The notes: generated by a model not told the origin, from the letters alone. Counted from the first letter of the stretch, positions 24,331-37,159 are shown. The stretch is 64,000 bases of DNA from Squalus acanthias (GCA_030390025.1 CM059432.1:147252001-147316000), one strand, 5' to 3'. Program-made: numbers and translations.

Positions 24331-25229
24331 TTAGAGAGAAGCAGGACGAGTGCGCATGTGGCTTTGCCAGGATAGCGGGCTTGCCCATGGTGCAGGGTGC
24401 GGTCGACTGCACACATGTGGCTTTGCAGGCGCCGTACACCAATCCTGAGATGTTCCGTAACAGTAAAGGCTGCCACTCACTTAATGTGCAGTTGTTGTGC
24501 AACCACGGCCAGTGCATCATGATGGTGAATGATGCTATCCTGGCAGAAATCATGATGCCTTTATCCTGCGCCAGTCTGCTGTGCCAACAATCTTCCAGCC
24601 ACCACGTCAAACCCGAGGGTGGCTGCTCAGAGACAAGGGCTATCCGCTCTGCACCTGGCTGATGACTTCCCAGCTGCAACCCCACCACTTGTGTCCAGCA
24701 CTCGTACAATGACAGCCATGCTGGCACGAGGCCATCAGGCCGCTCAAGCAACGGTTCCGCTGCCTTGGCTGCTCGGGAGGAGCCCTCCAGTACTCGCCCG
24801 AGTGTGTGTCCCATTTCATGGTAGTCTGCTGCATGCTCCACACCTTGACTATCATGAATGCGCAGCCCTTGCCACCAGGGATTGCAGGACTACCTCATGA
24901 GGAGGAGGGGGAAGAGAAAGAGGACGTGAATGAAGAGGAGGAGGAAGGGAGAAGTCTGGCAGCACATCCCCGTTCTGGACGGGCTGTCCGTGAGCACCTC
25001 ATCAGACTCCGATTCCAGTGAATGAAACCCCAGATCTCCGTTGCTCACCACTTCCCCATCTTTCCATCCCTCTGTCACGGAACATCACAGCAGAAAGCTG
25101 AAATGAGAGCCATCACAAAACACACATTCCAAACAAAATTTATAAATGAATCAAATTCATATCAAAAGAACAAAGTCAACTAATCAGCCTTATTTTTAGT
25201 GTGCCTTTTCCTACTCTAGTGCTCCTACG

Positions 25230-27280
25230 AAGTGCTCGCCCAATAGCTGCAGCATGGCTGGTTGAAGGCTGCTGAGTTTCCATGGGGGAGACTACAGATG
25301 GCCTTGCAGATTGACCTCAACCAGCTGTGGACCTAGAAGGTCCGGCTGTAGACTGCACCACCTCGACATGGGCAGCAGCAGTTTGGGCTGGCTGGCTGAC
25401 AGGCAGCAGCAAGGGCACTGGCGGAGTGGCAGTGGTGGGAGTACAAATGCTGTCATCCTGAGAGAGGACAGCAGGTTCTTGCTCCACGGAGCCACTGCCA
25501 CTCCCCCCGGGGCGGCGCCTCAGCATTCCTGTTGGAGCCATCTGTTGGAGCACACATTGCTGGACTGCTGTGACACCCCGCAAGCCCCTTTCGACACTCG
25601 TGAACCCAGCCATGATGGCAGCAGTCTGAGTTCCCGTGGCAGCACTGAGACATTGGGCCGCTTCCCCCTGTGCTGCAATAGAAGCTGCGACATCGCCCAT
25701 CACACGCAATATCATGGCTGGGTCCACAGGTTCTCACATGGAGTTGCCCATTGACATGAATCTTGTCATTCATGTGGAAATGACTTATGAAATAATACTG
25801 GGCGGCCTGCTGGTGGCGCTGTCCAGGGAGAGTATAAATACTCGGGCACGGGCCCAGCTTGCTCAGGATATTCTTTGACAGGAACTAGAGAAGGACACAA
25901 CTAGACCTCAATGTTGAAAAACAGTTGATTAAAGCTCTGTTTAACGCTTAGACCAAGTGACTGGTAGTTTTCTTACGTCACCCATCATATCCATCCTGGA
26001 AATCATGGGCTCCAAGCTCTGCACAAAACCCCGTTGGAGCCGGACTCCTCCATGCTCCTTGACACTGACGAGAGGCTCTCTGGCAGGCTTGCCATTGCAT
26101 CGAGCATTTTTATGTGCATGCCCATCACACTTCTACTTAAGGCCGCCCCATCAAGGTCATTATCTGAGTCTTGTGCAGCACAACTCGTGCGTGAACTTGC
26201 CCTCCGGGGAGCTGGCCCCCGAGCTACCCTTTCCCCCTGGCCTGGCTGCAGCACTCTCATGCCCGGTGACTCACCACGTGCAGATCCCGCCTCTATTCTA
26301 CCCTCTAAAGTACGCGCAGTGCCATTTTCTGAGCTGGTGTCTGCAAGTATCAGATGCAGTGCCGATGTGTCTTCTTCTTCTCCATCACTCTCCTCCAGAA
26401 CTTTAGGAACAAGCTGGTCAGGCTGGAGTTTTGGGGTATCTGAAAGCAGAAAGGCACAAAGGTCGGTTTGTGGTGAGAGGAGGGGGTGAAAACAAGATAT
26501 CCATGCATACACCATCAGCAGCTTGTAAGTGAGAAGAGATTGCGGAATGAGGGGGAAGTGGGATGTGAGAAGAAGGATTAGGTATAACCATGCCATCATC
26601 ATCAGCAATGCTTTCCACTTCTCCGCTCACCACGGGCTCTGTCACTGCCCCTCCAAAGATGTCCAACCCTGCTTCCTCCAGGTCTGTCAGGTTGTCAAAT
26701 CCTTGTGGCTGCCACCGATCTGCTGGTGGTCTCTCCGGTTATGTGCCACCTTGGCCTGCAAGAGAAATGGACGTGTGTCAGTGAGTGTGGTGCAATGTGT
26801 TTGGGTGATGTCATGGTTGACTACTTGGCAGTGTGTGCAAGGTGTGAGATGTGTGTGAGTCTTGCAGAAGTGGTAAGTGTGTGAGGGTGAAGTGAAGCTA
26901 TGACTGTGAGGTATATGTGGTGATAGCTAGAGATTGTTGGTAGGTGACTGATGGGGGTGTGGTGCATTGAGCAGTGTGTGAGGCTTGTGGTGCAGATGGT
27001 GGGATATAGCATTTGCTGATGCATTCACTCACCTTGACCACTTGTGTGAGGTCATTAAACTTTTTGCGGCACTGGATCCAGGTCCTGGGGACAACACGCG
27101 TCGCAGTGACGGATTGAGCGATCTCCTTCCAGATCCTTCTTGTGGTCATCCTTGAAGGCCTCTTGCCGTCCCCCCGTGGGTAGAGTACATCACGGCGTTG
27201 TTGGACCCCCGGGACCAAGACCTCCAGTGCTGTATCAGAAAATCTTTTAGTCCTTTCTCTCGGCTGTTGGGCGATGGCTT
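25230..27280 (-). pseudogene. Spliced Myb/SANT-like (trihelix) partner gene of Harbinger copy 1
   Basis: Exon 1 RFSDTALEVLV...WKEIAQSV...RTWIQCRKKFNDL ending AAG|GTGAGT at 27033; later exons homologous to 31199-32450. Confidence 0.8.
25752..25980 (+). mobile_element. Solo LTR, 229 bp
   Basis: TGAC...GTCA termini, 5-bp TSD CCCAT, internal TATAAAT and ATTAAA. Confidence 0.9.
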
Positions 27281-27560
27281 CCTGACAATGAGATGCTTCT
27301 GCAACAAAGCACCTCCCCTTTAAGTGGAGAGAGCCCAGGCCAAACTTTATTGGGCTGTAGACTACACCCGATATTGGCCCCCCTGGTTGAGTGCTAAGCC
27401 AATCAGCAGCGCGTTTAGCGCTGAGATCAGCGCTGCAATCATATAAATGTGCGGGCATGCATGAATTTTGCGTGCTGCCTGCACCACTTTCAACGGGCGT
27501 AGGCAAATAGCGCCGGGCGACACCCCTGCCCGTTTTCAGGCCTTATCCAATTTCTAGGCC

Positions 27561-29480
27561 TTTGTCTTTTATTCGTTTACCTACATATTTCTCCCTCCAC
27601 TTCCCTTCTATTATTAGGTGATCTATAGTATATACCTCTTAGCACGATCGATCCCTTCTTATCCTTTATCTCAATCCATATGGATTCTGTTTCAACTTAA
27701 TGTCAGTTACGTCCTTTTTTTCTGCTGCCATTTTGTAATCTCTAATCAGTACAGCTACCCGATCCCCTGCCTTCCTTCCCTATCCTTTCTAAATATGTTA
27801 CATCCTGCAATATCTAACTGCCAATCCTGTTCTTTATGCAGCCATGTTTCAGTTGTCCCTATTACATCTGACTCCTCTTTACTAGTTATTGCCTCCAGTT
27901 CCCACATTTTGTATTTTTCTACTTGTGTTCTATAACTTTATCTGTTCCTGAGCATTTATGTTATGACTCTTTCCTTGGTCTGACCTGTACTCTCATCTCC
28001 TATTTTTTTAAATCATCTGGCTACTGTTATTTCCACCATATTCCTCCCCCCTCCCCTCCATCTTACTAGTTAAAGTCTTACTCACAGCCCTATTTATCTT
28101 TTCCCCTAGGACACTGGTCCCATTCCGGTTCAGGTGGAGCTCATTCCACCGGCACAACTCCTTCCTGTCCCAGTACTGGTGCCAGTGTCCCATGAAATGG
28201 AATTCCTTCTTTCCCGCACCAGCCTTTCAACCACATGTTCACTTTCCTAATCTGTTTGTCCCTAAGCTAATTCATATGTGGCTTGGATAGTAACCCTGTG
28301 ATTACCACCCATGGGGTCCTGCTTTTTAATTTAGTTCCCAGCTTCTGATACTCCCTCAGCAGGTCATCATCTCTGTTCTTCCCTATGACATTGGTCCCAA
28401 CATGGACCATGACAACTGGATCCTCCCCCTCCCATTCCAAGTTCCTCTCCAGTTGCTTCAAGATATCCTTTAACCTTGCACTAGGTGGGCAACATACCAT
28501 CCTGGACTCTCGGTAGCGACTGCAAAGGATGCTAGCTATCTCCTTAATTATCGAATCCCCTATGACTGCAATCTTTCCATTTGTATTTTGATTCCCCTCT
28601 TGGACTGCCTCCTGTGCCATAGTGCCATGGTTAGCATTCTGGCCACCCTCCCTGCAGCCTTCATCCTTATCCCCACAGGTAGCAAGTATATCGTACCCGT
28701 TGGATGGGATCAGTGCCTGCTTCTCTGCCTCCGCTAGGTTCTCCCTATCTTGCTGACTGACAATAACAAACTGCCCTTCCTGCACTTGTGTTTCACTCTA
28801 AGATGTGACTGTATGCTGGAATAACCTAGCCAGATATTCCTCCCCCTTCCCTTATGTGTCAGAGTGTCTCTAACTTGCACTCCAGCTCAATAATTCTGAG
28901 CTGAAGTGTCTCAAGGCAGAGACATTTCCTACAGGTGTGGTCATCCAGTACAGTCTCAGTGTTCTCAGACTCCCACATACTGCAGTCCCGACACACTGTC
29001 TGTGCTGCTGTTTCTAAACTTTATTGTTAGTAGAAAATTATTTCTCGAGCAGCTAATAGAATCACTTGAGATCTAGATTAAAATTAGTTGATGGATTTTG
29101 TTTGATTTCAAATAAATTAGTAATTATTTACTCTGATTATTTGTTAATTGTTTATTAATTGTTTATGTATACCAGATATTTATTTAATGCAAATTGGATT
29201 TCAGTAATGTTGGTTTCTTCCATTTAGTTTAATTGATCCCCTTAGATTTATTTAGGCTATTTAGCCTCTTGGGTCGATTTGTGTACCTAAAGCTTATTAC
29301 CCTCTTAATACTAAAGTTAAATGAGAATTTAAATACCTGACTCTCATTCCTCGGGCTCCACCGCTCCCCACTCTGTGCTGACTTTGACATCACTTTTTAA
29401 ATTTTACCCTCTGTTTGTCTAGTATCTGCTCCTTTTAAATCACTGGCTTTGGATTCATGCTCTCAGCTACACCAACTCTT
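27561..29480 (-). pseudogene. CR1 5' end: 5'UTR, ORF1 (zinc finger/leucine zipper plus SGNH esterase) and start of ORF2 EN
   Basis: VCRDCSMWE...HTCRKC...LQLRIIELE near 28880-29000; VIGDSII...VMVHVGTN (ORF 28267-28785); LHLNRNGT (ORF 28008). Confidence 0.85.
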
Positions 29481-29960
29481 TTAAATCACTGGCTCTGGGG
29501 ATTTGTGTAAAAAAGTGCTTCCTGATTTCACTCCTAAATGGCCGAGCTCTAATTTTAGAATGATGTCCCCTTGTTCTGGATTTCCTCACCAGAGGAAATA
29601 GCTTCTCTGTATCTACCCTACCGTATCCCTTTATCATTTTAAAGAAAACATAGAGAAACATAGAAAAATAGGAGCAGGAGTAGGCCATTCGGCCCTTCGA
29701 GCCTGCTCCGCCATTTAATATGATCATGGCTGATCCTCTATCTCAATACCATATTCCCGCTCTCTCCCCATACCCCTTGATGCCTTTTGTGTCTAGAAAT
29801 CTATCTATCTCCTTCTTAAATATATTCAGTGACTTGGCCTCCACAGCCTTCTGTGGGAGAGAATTCCACAGGTTCACCACCCTCTGGGTGAAGACATTTC
29901 TTGATTAGATCACCCTCAACCTTCTAAACTCAAGAGAATACAGACCAAATTTATGCAACC
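29480..29960 (-). mobile_element. Nested CR1 3' fragments
   Basis: EKLFPLVRKSRTRGH; a second CR1 tail (CATAGAAA) is inserted at about 29645-29900. Confidence 0.8.
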
Positions 29961-30686
29961 TTTTTCAGGAGCATTAGTTTCATGCCAGTCACAAACTTTA
30001 TCATCGTGATCATCACAGTGTGTAAGAGCCCCTGGCTGGAATGCCTGAATTATCTCCTGCACAACTCCCATCAATAAACCTGCAGCCTAGAGCAACCATC
30101 AGGTTGGTTTTCAGAATTGATTGCTTTTGATTTAGTTATACTGAAGCCGTAGAGATAACTTTGCGAGTGGTCTGTGGCCAATCTTTTGAGTATGTCCTTG
30201 TCGCTCTTTTGCATACACTGCAGCATTCATGTCGCTCGTGGCAGAAGAGATGGTCATGGAAAGTCAGGCAGGACAGCATGGAGAAAGACATAAGTTGCAG
30301 GTCACAAAGAGATTGCAGTAGTAAGGGATTCTAGCTCAGATTAGCGTGTCGTAAAGACAAAGGCCTAGAAATTAGATAAGGCCCAAAAAGGGAGACGGGG
30401 AACACGATGAACTATCAGCCCGATCCCATTTGGAGGACTGCAGACAACACGCAGCCCTTGTGCTGCCTGCTAATTTACATGATAGTAGCGTTCAGACCAA
30501 CACTGAACACGCGCTGCTGAGTGGCTGAATGCTCAGCAGGGGGCCCAAGTTCGTGCAAGGCTAGTTCCAATTAAAGCTAGCTTGCACTACTTAAAAGCAG
30601 TCTGCACCTCTTAAAGGGGAGGTGCATTCTGCCTGCAGCAGCTGCTGGAACTGGCTTAGAGGACATTGGAGAAGAAAGTTGTAATG

Positions 30687-32478
30687 ATGGCACAACAGGG
30701 GAGAGAGCATGCACCTAGGTTCTTGGACGCAGCACTGGAGGCCTTGGTCTAGGAAGGCAATGCCAGCAGAGAGGTCCTCTTTCCACAGCAGATCAGGAGG
30801 CCCTCCAGGCAACAGACCAGACTGCAGTGGGAGCAGATAGCCACTGCGGTAAATGCCAACAGTTTAGCCCCGAGAACCTGGACTCAATGCAGGAAGAGGT
30901 TTGATGACCTCAAGGTCAGTGAATTCATCTTCAAGTGCCATATTCCACCATCTGAACTGTTAGCTTCACACAATGCTGGATGCACCACATCTGCATCACT
31001 CCTCTACCAACAATCTCTACAAACATGGCCCACACCTCACACTCATAGCTTCACCTCACCCGTATACACTTACCACTGCTGCAAGCCTCACACCCACATC
31101 TCACAGCTTGAACACACTGTCAACTATTCAACCATGACAGGCACATCACCCAAACACATTGCACCACACTCACTGACACACTTCCCTTTCTCTTGCAGGA
31201 AAAGGTGGCACATAACCGGTGCCAGCAGAACCTAACAGCGGGGGACAGGCTCGTCTGCATGACCTCACCCCCTCAGAGTAGATGGTGCTGGCCATTCTTG
31301 GGAGGGGCTTGGCAGAGCCCATGGCTAGCGGCGAGGCTGAAAGGATAGAAGATGATGGTATCTTCATATGGTATCCTCCTTCTCACATCCCACTTCCCCC
31401 TCAGCCCACAATCTCTTCTGATCTACAATCTGCACAAGAAATCCAACCAGTGGGCCAACATGAAGAGGGAGAGGAGAGTGAAGAAGAAGAAGAAACACCG
31501 TCACTCGATTTCACACACCCAGCCACCAGCTCAGATACTGACACTCTGCGTACTTTAGAGGATAGGTTAGATGCAGGATCTGCATGTGGTGAAGCACCAG
31601 GCACGAGTGGCCTACAGCCAGGGCAGGGCGAAAGGGTAGCTCAGGTGCCAGCTCCCCAGATGGCGAGGTCACACACATGTTCTGCTGTACAGGACTCAAG
31701 ACTTCGATGGGGCGGCCTACAGTAGAACGCTGATGGGTATGCACAATGAAATGCTTGCTGCATTGGCAGGCCTGCCAGAAAACCTGAATGCAATGTCAAG
31801 GAGCATGGAGGAGTCCAGCTCCAGCCTTGCACAGGGCTTTGGGCAGAGCTTGGAGCCCATCCTTTCCAGTGTGGAAGGGCTGGGCAGATCCATTAACGCA
31901 CTTGTGGACCCAACCATCATGCCGTGTCTGATGGCCGAAGTCTCAGCTTGCATTGCAGCACCAGCAGAAGCCACCCAACATCAGAGTGCTGTAATAGAAG
32001 CTCAGACAGAAGTCATGCAATCTCAGCTTGCTGCCACGCAAGCACAGACTGCTGCTATCATAGCTGGGTTTACCAGTGTTGAAAGGGGCTTGCAGGGTGT
32101 CACAGCAGTCCAGCAGTCTGTACTCCAGCAGATTACTAGGATTGCTGAGGTACTGCCCCGGGGGAGAGACAGTGGCTCCGTGGAGCATGAACCTGCTGTC
32201 CTCCCTAAGGATGACAACATTCGTCCTCCCACCACTGCCACTCTGCCAGTGTCCTTGCTGTTGCCTGTCAGCCAGTCAGCCAGACTGCTGCCCCAATGCC
32301 AACGTGGCCCAGAGCTCCTCGAGGTCATCCTGCAATGCCATATGTAGTCTCCCCCACTGAAATTCAGCAGCCTTCCACCAGCCATGCTGCAGCTACTGGG
32401 GTAGCACTGCATGACATCACTAGGATAGGCAAAGGCACACACAAGACAGTCACTAACAGAATGCACAAGGGTGATTAG
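30687..32478 (+). pseudogene. Spliced Myb/SANT-like partner gene of Harbinger copy 2
   Basis: MAQQGREHAPRFLDAALEALV*...WEQIATAVN...RTWTQCRKRFDDLK|gtcagt (donor after 30913); acceptor tctcttgcag at 31198; in-frame stop. Confidence 0.85.
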
Positions 32479-32647
32479 TTGATTTTTTGATGTAATATTG
32501 GATGGATAGATGTGAAATGTTAGATTGGAATGTTTGCTTTGTGGTGGCTTTTAATTCAGCATTGTGGCCAAGAGGACGCTGTGATGGTCAGTAACAGAGG
32601 GAAGGTAAGGTGTGGGACTAATGTTGAAAGGGGAATTGGGGTTGTGT

Positions 32648-33880
32648 TCACTCGTACCGCAGGCGGGTGATTCGCTCTTGGATATCCCAGCCAGAAAGGG
32701 GCTGTCTGGGTTGCCTCCTTCCTTCCACTTTCTCTTCCTCCTCTTCCGCTTCCTCCTCTTTCTCCTCCTCCTTTTCCTCCGCCTCTTCCTCCTCCTCTTC
32801 TTCCTCCTCCTCCTCCTCCTCCTCCTCCTCCTCCTGAGCTGGTGGCTGTATTCCTTTTGGCAAGGGCTGTGCCCTCATGATAGCCAGGTTGTGGAGGATA
32901 CAGCAGACCACCACGACTCAGGACACATGCTCCGGTGAGTAGTGTAGGGCTCCTCCAGAGCGGTCCAGGCAGTGGAACCATTGCTTCAGCAGCCCAGTGG
33001 TGTGCTCCATTATATTTCATGGAGCAGCATGGCTCTCGTTGTACTCATGCTGGCCACCTGTGGTTGGGTTGCAGAACGGTGTCATGAGCAGGTGGTCAAG
33101 GGATAGCCCTTGTCGCCCAGTAACCACCCTCTGGTTTGTCTTGATGGCTCAAAGACTGAGGGAACAGTGGACTGGCGCAGAATAAAAGCATCATGTCTGC
33201 TGCCAGGATACCGAGCATTCACCATCATGATGATCTGAGCATGGTCGCACACCAACTGCACAATCAGCGAGTGGTAACCTTTGTGGTTGCGGTACATCTC
33301 AGCATTTACATACGGTGCCCGCAAAGCCACGTGCGTGCAGTCGATGGCGCCCTGCCCTATGGGGAAATCCGCTATCCTGGCAAAGCCATGTGCACGCTCC
33401 ATCTGCTTCTCTCTGGTCAGAGAGCAGGTAATGAAGTTCCCTCTCCTGGTATAAAGAGCGTCTGTCACCTCTCTTATGCAGCAGTGGGTAACGAACTGGG
33501 AGATGTTACAGATGTTGTCTGCTCCAGCCTGGAAGGATCCCGATGCAAAGAAATTCAGGGCCACGGTCACCTTCACAGCCACTGGCAGCGCTGTCCTTGC
33601 CCAGGAGTGAGGCTGCAGGTCTGGTTGCAAGAGGTGGCAGGGGTCTGTGAGCACCTCCTTCATAAAGCGCAGATGCCTCACACACTGCTCCTGGCTCAGG
33701 TTGAGGGAAGAGAATTGCTTTCGGAAGACCCGAGGTGGGTAAGGCCTCCTGCTGAGAGCCCTTCTCCCCCTCCTCCTCCTCCCTCTGCGAGCAGCTTGTC
33801 CTCTTCTTCGCTGCCTCTGCTCCATCTCCCTGTCGTGCTGCAGGCCAAGGGCGATGACAACTAGAGCCCCCAACGACTGG
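32648..33880 (-). pseudogene. HARBI1-like DDE transposase of Harbinger copy 2
   Basis: RRPYPPRVFR, ALNFFASGSFQ, GAIDCTHV, KGYHSL, YPGSRHDAFIL, LLGDKGYPL, CCILHNLA; frameshift near 33090 and later stops. Confidence 0.9.
32730..32835 (-). repeat. (GAG/GAA)n low-complexity poly-Glu tract in the transposase C-terminus
   Basis: (CCT/TCT)n on the plus strand. Confidence 0.9.
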
Positions 33881-35040
33881 GTGCAAGCGGTCTGACCAGA
33901 ACCCTTGAAGTCAGAAGCAAGGCCTTCTCCACTTGCAGCACCACTCCCCGTCACCTCACCAACTTTAAACAACTCTAGAAAGCTCCAAACACTTCCACAA
34001 ACTTACAAAGAGCCAGTAGAAATTAAAAAGCAAGTTACCTGAAAGTTGTTGACGAACCCTTTAAATAGCGCTGGTGGGTACACATGTCCAGCAGTGCGAG
34101 GTTAACACAGGGCGTTAGTTCCAGCAATGACAATGAAAATGGCAGTGCTTGTGTCAACTTAGTGTTGCACACTGATTGACGCCACGATCTGCCTACTTAC
34201 CATAGTTCGATCGCACGCTCCACCCACCCTCACCTAGATGGTGTCCGGCGCGGCCCGCACCAGAAGTGTGAGCTTGCTGCTCCTACACCACTTTGGACCC
34301 AATTCGGCACCCAGAGCGCCCAGACAACGGGCACTACACAACTGAATTTCTAGGCCAAAGCCTTCAAGGTGGTGAGCTGTCTATCTGGAGTCGAGCGGGT
34401 AAAGGGGAGGTGAGACAGAATTCTGAAGGGGAAGGATGTGACCAGGTGCTGGAAGTCCACATAGGAGAAAATGGCATAGGGAAAAATAATATACATAATA
34501 TAGGGACTTTAAAAAGGATTGCCTCAAAACTTAAAAATATGGATGCAAAGTAATCCCTGGGATACTCCAAGCATTTTGGGAAAGGAGTAAAGTTAAAGAA
34601 AATTGAGGATGTAAATGAACAGCTGGCAAAATGGAACAATAATATTGCCTTCATAAATAAAAAGGACTTGTATGGGAGGGACAGACTGTACCTAAACCAA
34701 GTCGGGCCAAAGAGACTGCCAAAACACGATGAGGCAGCAAACAAGAATCAATGAAACTAAATAGGTTGGGGAAGGGCAAGGAAGAAAGCGGATACCAGTT
34801 AAGGTGGATTGCAGGTCAGAAGGTAGTCAATGGGTGGGTATGGACACAGAAACCCAGAGACTTATATATGTCTAAGAGGCCAGGAAAAGGCAGATACCGG
34901 GGGACATGAAAGGAGGCGAATCTGCAGTAAGATGTATGTGCATGAATATTAGAAGCATCAGAAATAAGATGGTGGAACTGGAGGCTGTTGTGGCAGTGGA
35001 GAACTACGATGGAGTAGGAGTCATAGGGTCAGAGAGTCAT

Positions 35041-35269
35041 TGACATGAATCTTGTCATTCAGGTGGAAATGACTTATGAAATAATACTGGGCGGCCTGCT
35101 GGTGGCGCTGTCCAGGGAGAGTATAAATACTCGGGCATGGGCCCAGCTTGCTCAGGACATTATTTGACAGGAACTAGGGAAGGACACAACTAGATCTCCA
35201 TGTTGAAAAACAGTTGATTAAAGCTTTGTTTAACGCTTAGACCAAGTGCCTAGTAGTTTTCTTACATCA
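35041..35269 (+). mobile_element. Solo LTR, 229 bp
   Basis: TG...CA termini, 5-bp TSD GTCAT; sits in the tail repeat of the adjacent CR1. Confidence 0.9.
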
Positions 35270-36052
35270 GTCATAACGGCACAGAAGGAGGCTATTCGGC
35301 CCATCGAGTCCATGCCGGCTCTCTGTAGAGCAATCCAGTCAGTCCCATTTCCCCGCTCTATCCCCGTAGCCCTGCAAGTTTATTTCCCTCAAGTGTCTAT
35401 CCAGTCTCCCCTTGAAAACATTGAGTGTCTCTGCTTCCACCACTTCCGTCGACAGCGAGTTCCAGGTCCTCACCACTCGCTGCGTAAAAAAGTTTTTCCT
35501 CACATCCCCCCTGTATCCCTTGCCCAAAACCTTAAATCTGTGTCCCCTAGTCCTTGTGCCATCAACTAGTGGGAACAGCCTTTCCCCGTCTAGTCTATCC
35601 AAACCCGTCATAATCTTGTACACCTCAATCAAATCACCCCGCAACCTCCTTTGCTCTAATGAAAACAAACCCAGCTTCTCCAACTTGTCCTCGTTGCTAA
35701 GATCCCCCATCCCCGGAACCATTCTGGTAAATCTCCTCTGCACCCTCTCAAGGGCCTTCACATCCTTCCTAAAGTGTGGTGACCAGAACTGGACACAATA
35801 CTCCAGTTGTGGCCTAACCAGCGCTTTATAAAGGTTCAGTATAACTTCTCTACTTTTGTACTCAATACCTCTATTTATGAAGCCCAAGATCCCATATGCT
35901 TTGTTAACCACTCTCTCAATATGTCCCGCCACCTTCAGGGACCTATGCACATTAACTCCCAGGTCCCTCTGTCCCTGCACACTCTTTAAAACTGTGCTAT
36001 TAAGTGTATATTGCCTCTCCCTGTTCCTTCTGCCAAAATGCATCACCTCACA
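35270..36052 (-). mobile_element. CR1 3' fragment with an open RT C-terminus
   Basis: ORF 35339-36070: CEVMHFG, QRDLGV, LVRPQLEYCVQFWSP, TRGH, FFTQRVV. Confidence 0.95.
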
Positions 36053-36454
36053 CAGGAATATCAGAAACAAGGATAAATAATGAGAATATAATAGTTGGGC
36101 TTAGAGAGTATTCATAAAGGACAGGGGGATAGATGAGGTAGCATAAGCAGGACAATTTTCTCCATGAAGAGATAAAATGGGTATCTGAGAACAGGAAAGC
36201 TGTTTTAATGGGAGATGTAAATCAACAAAACACAAAGTGAGAAAACCCAAGTGGTTTAGAGTCTTGAGTTGGTAAATGTAACATGTGACTCTACTTCATG
36301 ACCCAATGTGTGAAGGGAAACGTGAGAGGCAGCGCTCATCTTGACCTGGTATTTGTTTCAGGAAATGGAAGTCATCGCATCCCTGGGAGATAGATACCGC
36401 AGAATGATAAAGGGATGATCTGGGATTCAGATATCGAAAAGCTCAGGAGCCGAG

Positions 36455-36745
36455 TACAACAACAACAACAATAACGTGTGTTTATATAACGTAGTAAAAC
36501 ATCCCAAGACGCTTCATAGGATTATTAAAAGACAAAAAATTTGACACCCAGCCACATAAGGATAAATTAGGACAGGTGACCAAATACTTGGTCAAAGAGG
36601 TAGGTTTTAAGGAGCGTCTTAAAGGAGGAAAGAGAGGTAGAGAGGCGGAGAGGTTTTAGGGAGGGAATTCCAGAGCTTAGGGCCAAGGCAACAGAAGGCA
36701 CAACCACCAATGGTTGAGCGATTATAATCAGGGATGCTCAAGAGT
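36455..36745 (-). mobile_element. L2 3' end
   Basis: (CAA)n tail, cttggtcaaagaggtaggttttaaggagcgtcttaaagg. Confidence 0.8.
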
Positions 36746-37159
36746 ACATAACTTTAAAAGGACTAAATTCAAAGAAATGAGTGAACAACTAAAGCAAATA
36801 GATTGAAAGGAGATGTTCAATAACACTTCATTAGAGGACTTGTGCTGAGCATACTGACGATCATATATCTGAAATCAGCAAGCTCAGACTGAGCAAATGT
36901 GACCAAAAATATATGAGCAAACAAATTAAAAATGACATACAGAGACCTCTACAAAGGGAAAGAGGAAAGAATTCTCTGGGATGAATACGGGGACATGCAA
37001 AAACGAGTTCAAAGCGTGCTCAGAGGACCACGAGGGAGCTACATGAATACATAGCTGCTGAAGTAAGACGTGTTAGTAAAACATTCTTCAGTACCACAAC
37101 AGTAAGAGGACAATCAGAGAAAAGTTGAAACCCATAAAAGAAGCAAACGGGCTCGAAAC

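Larger units (their letters stand above)
21330..25021 (+). pseudogene. HARBI1-like DDE transposase of Harbinger copy 1, split by a CR1 insertion (21658-24330)
   Basis: LSQEQCIR...RRRDFIVFSL | REKQDECACGFARIAGLPMVQGAVDCTHVAL...KGCHSLNVQLLC...CCMLHTL; colinear with 32648-33880. Confidence 0.85.
21189..27560. mobile_element. Two-gene PIF/Harbinger transposon (copy 1) with nested insertions
   Basis: TIRs GGCCACGAAATT / AATTTCTAGGCC, TSD TTT; convergent transposase (+) and Myb/SANT (-) remnants. Confidence 0.9.
30362..34356. mobile_element. Two-gene PIF/Harbinger transposon (copy 2), about 4.0 kb, uninterrupted
   Basis: Perfect 12-bp TIRs GGCCTAGAAATT / AATTTCTAGGCC, TSD AAA; Myb/SANT (+) and transposase (-) are convergent. 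Confidence 0.95.
34357..37150 (+). mobile_element. Highly degraded CR1 (ORF1 esterase end and EN) with several insertions
   Basis: LYGRDRLYLNQVG; tgcatgaatattagaagcatcagaaataag (NxRSIRNK); ttaatgggagatgtaaat. Confidence 0.55.

Noticed and set aside
32556..33020. Poly-G, poly-L and poly-E ORFs
   Set aside because: Alternative frames of one trinucleotide tract in the transposase tail.
33082..33972. Possible domesticated host HARBI1 gene
   Set aside because: It is enclosed by TIRs and a TSD, has a frameshift and stops, and has a decayed paralogue nearby, so it is a transposon copy.
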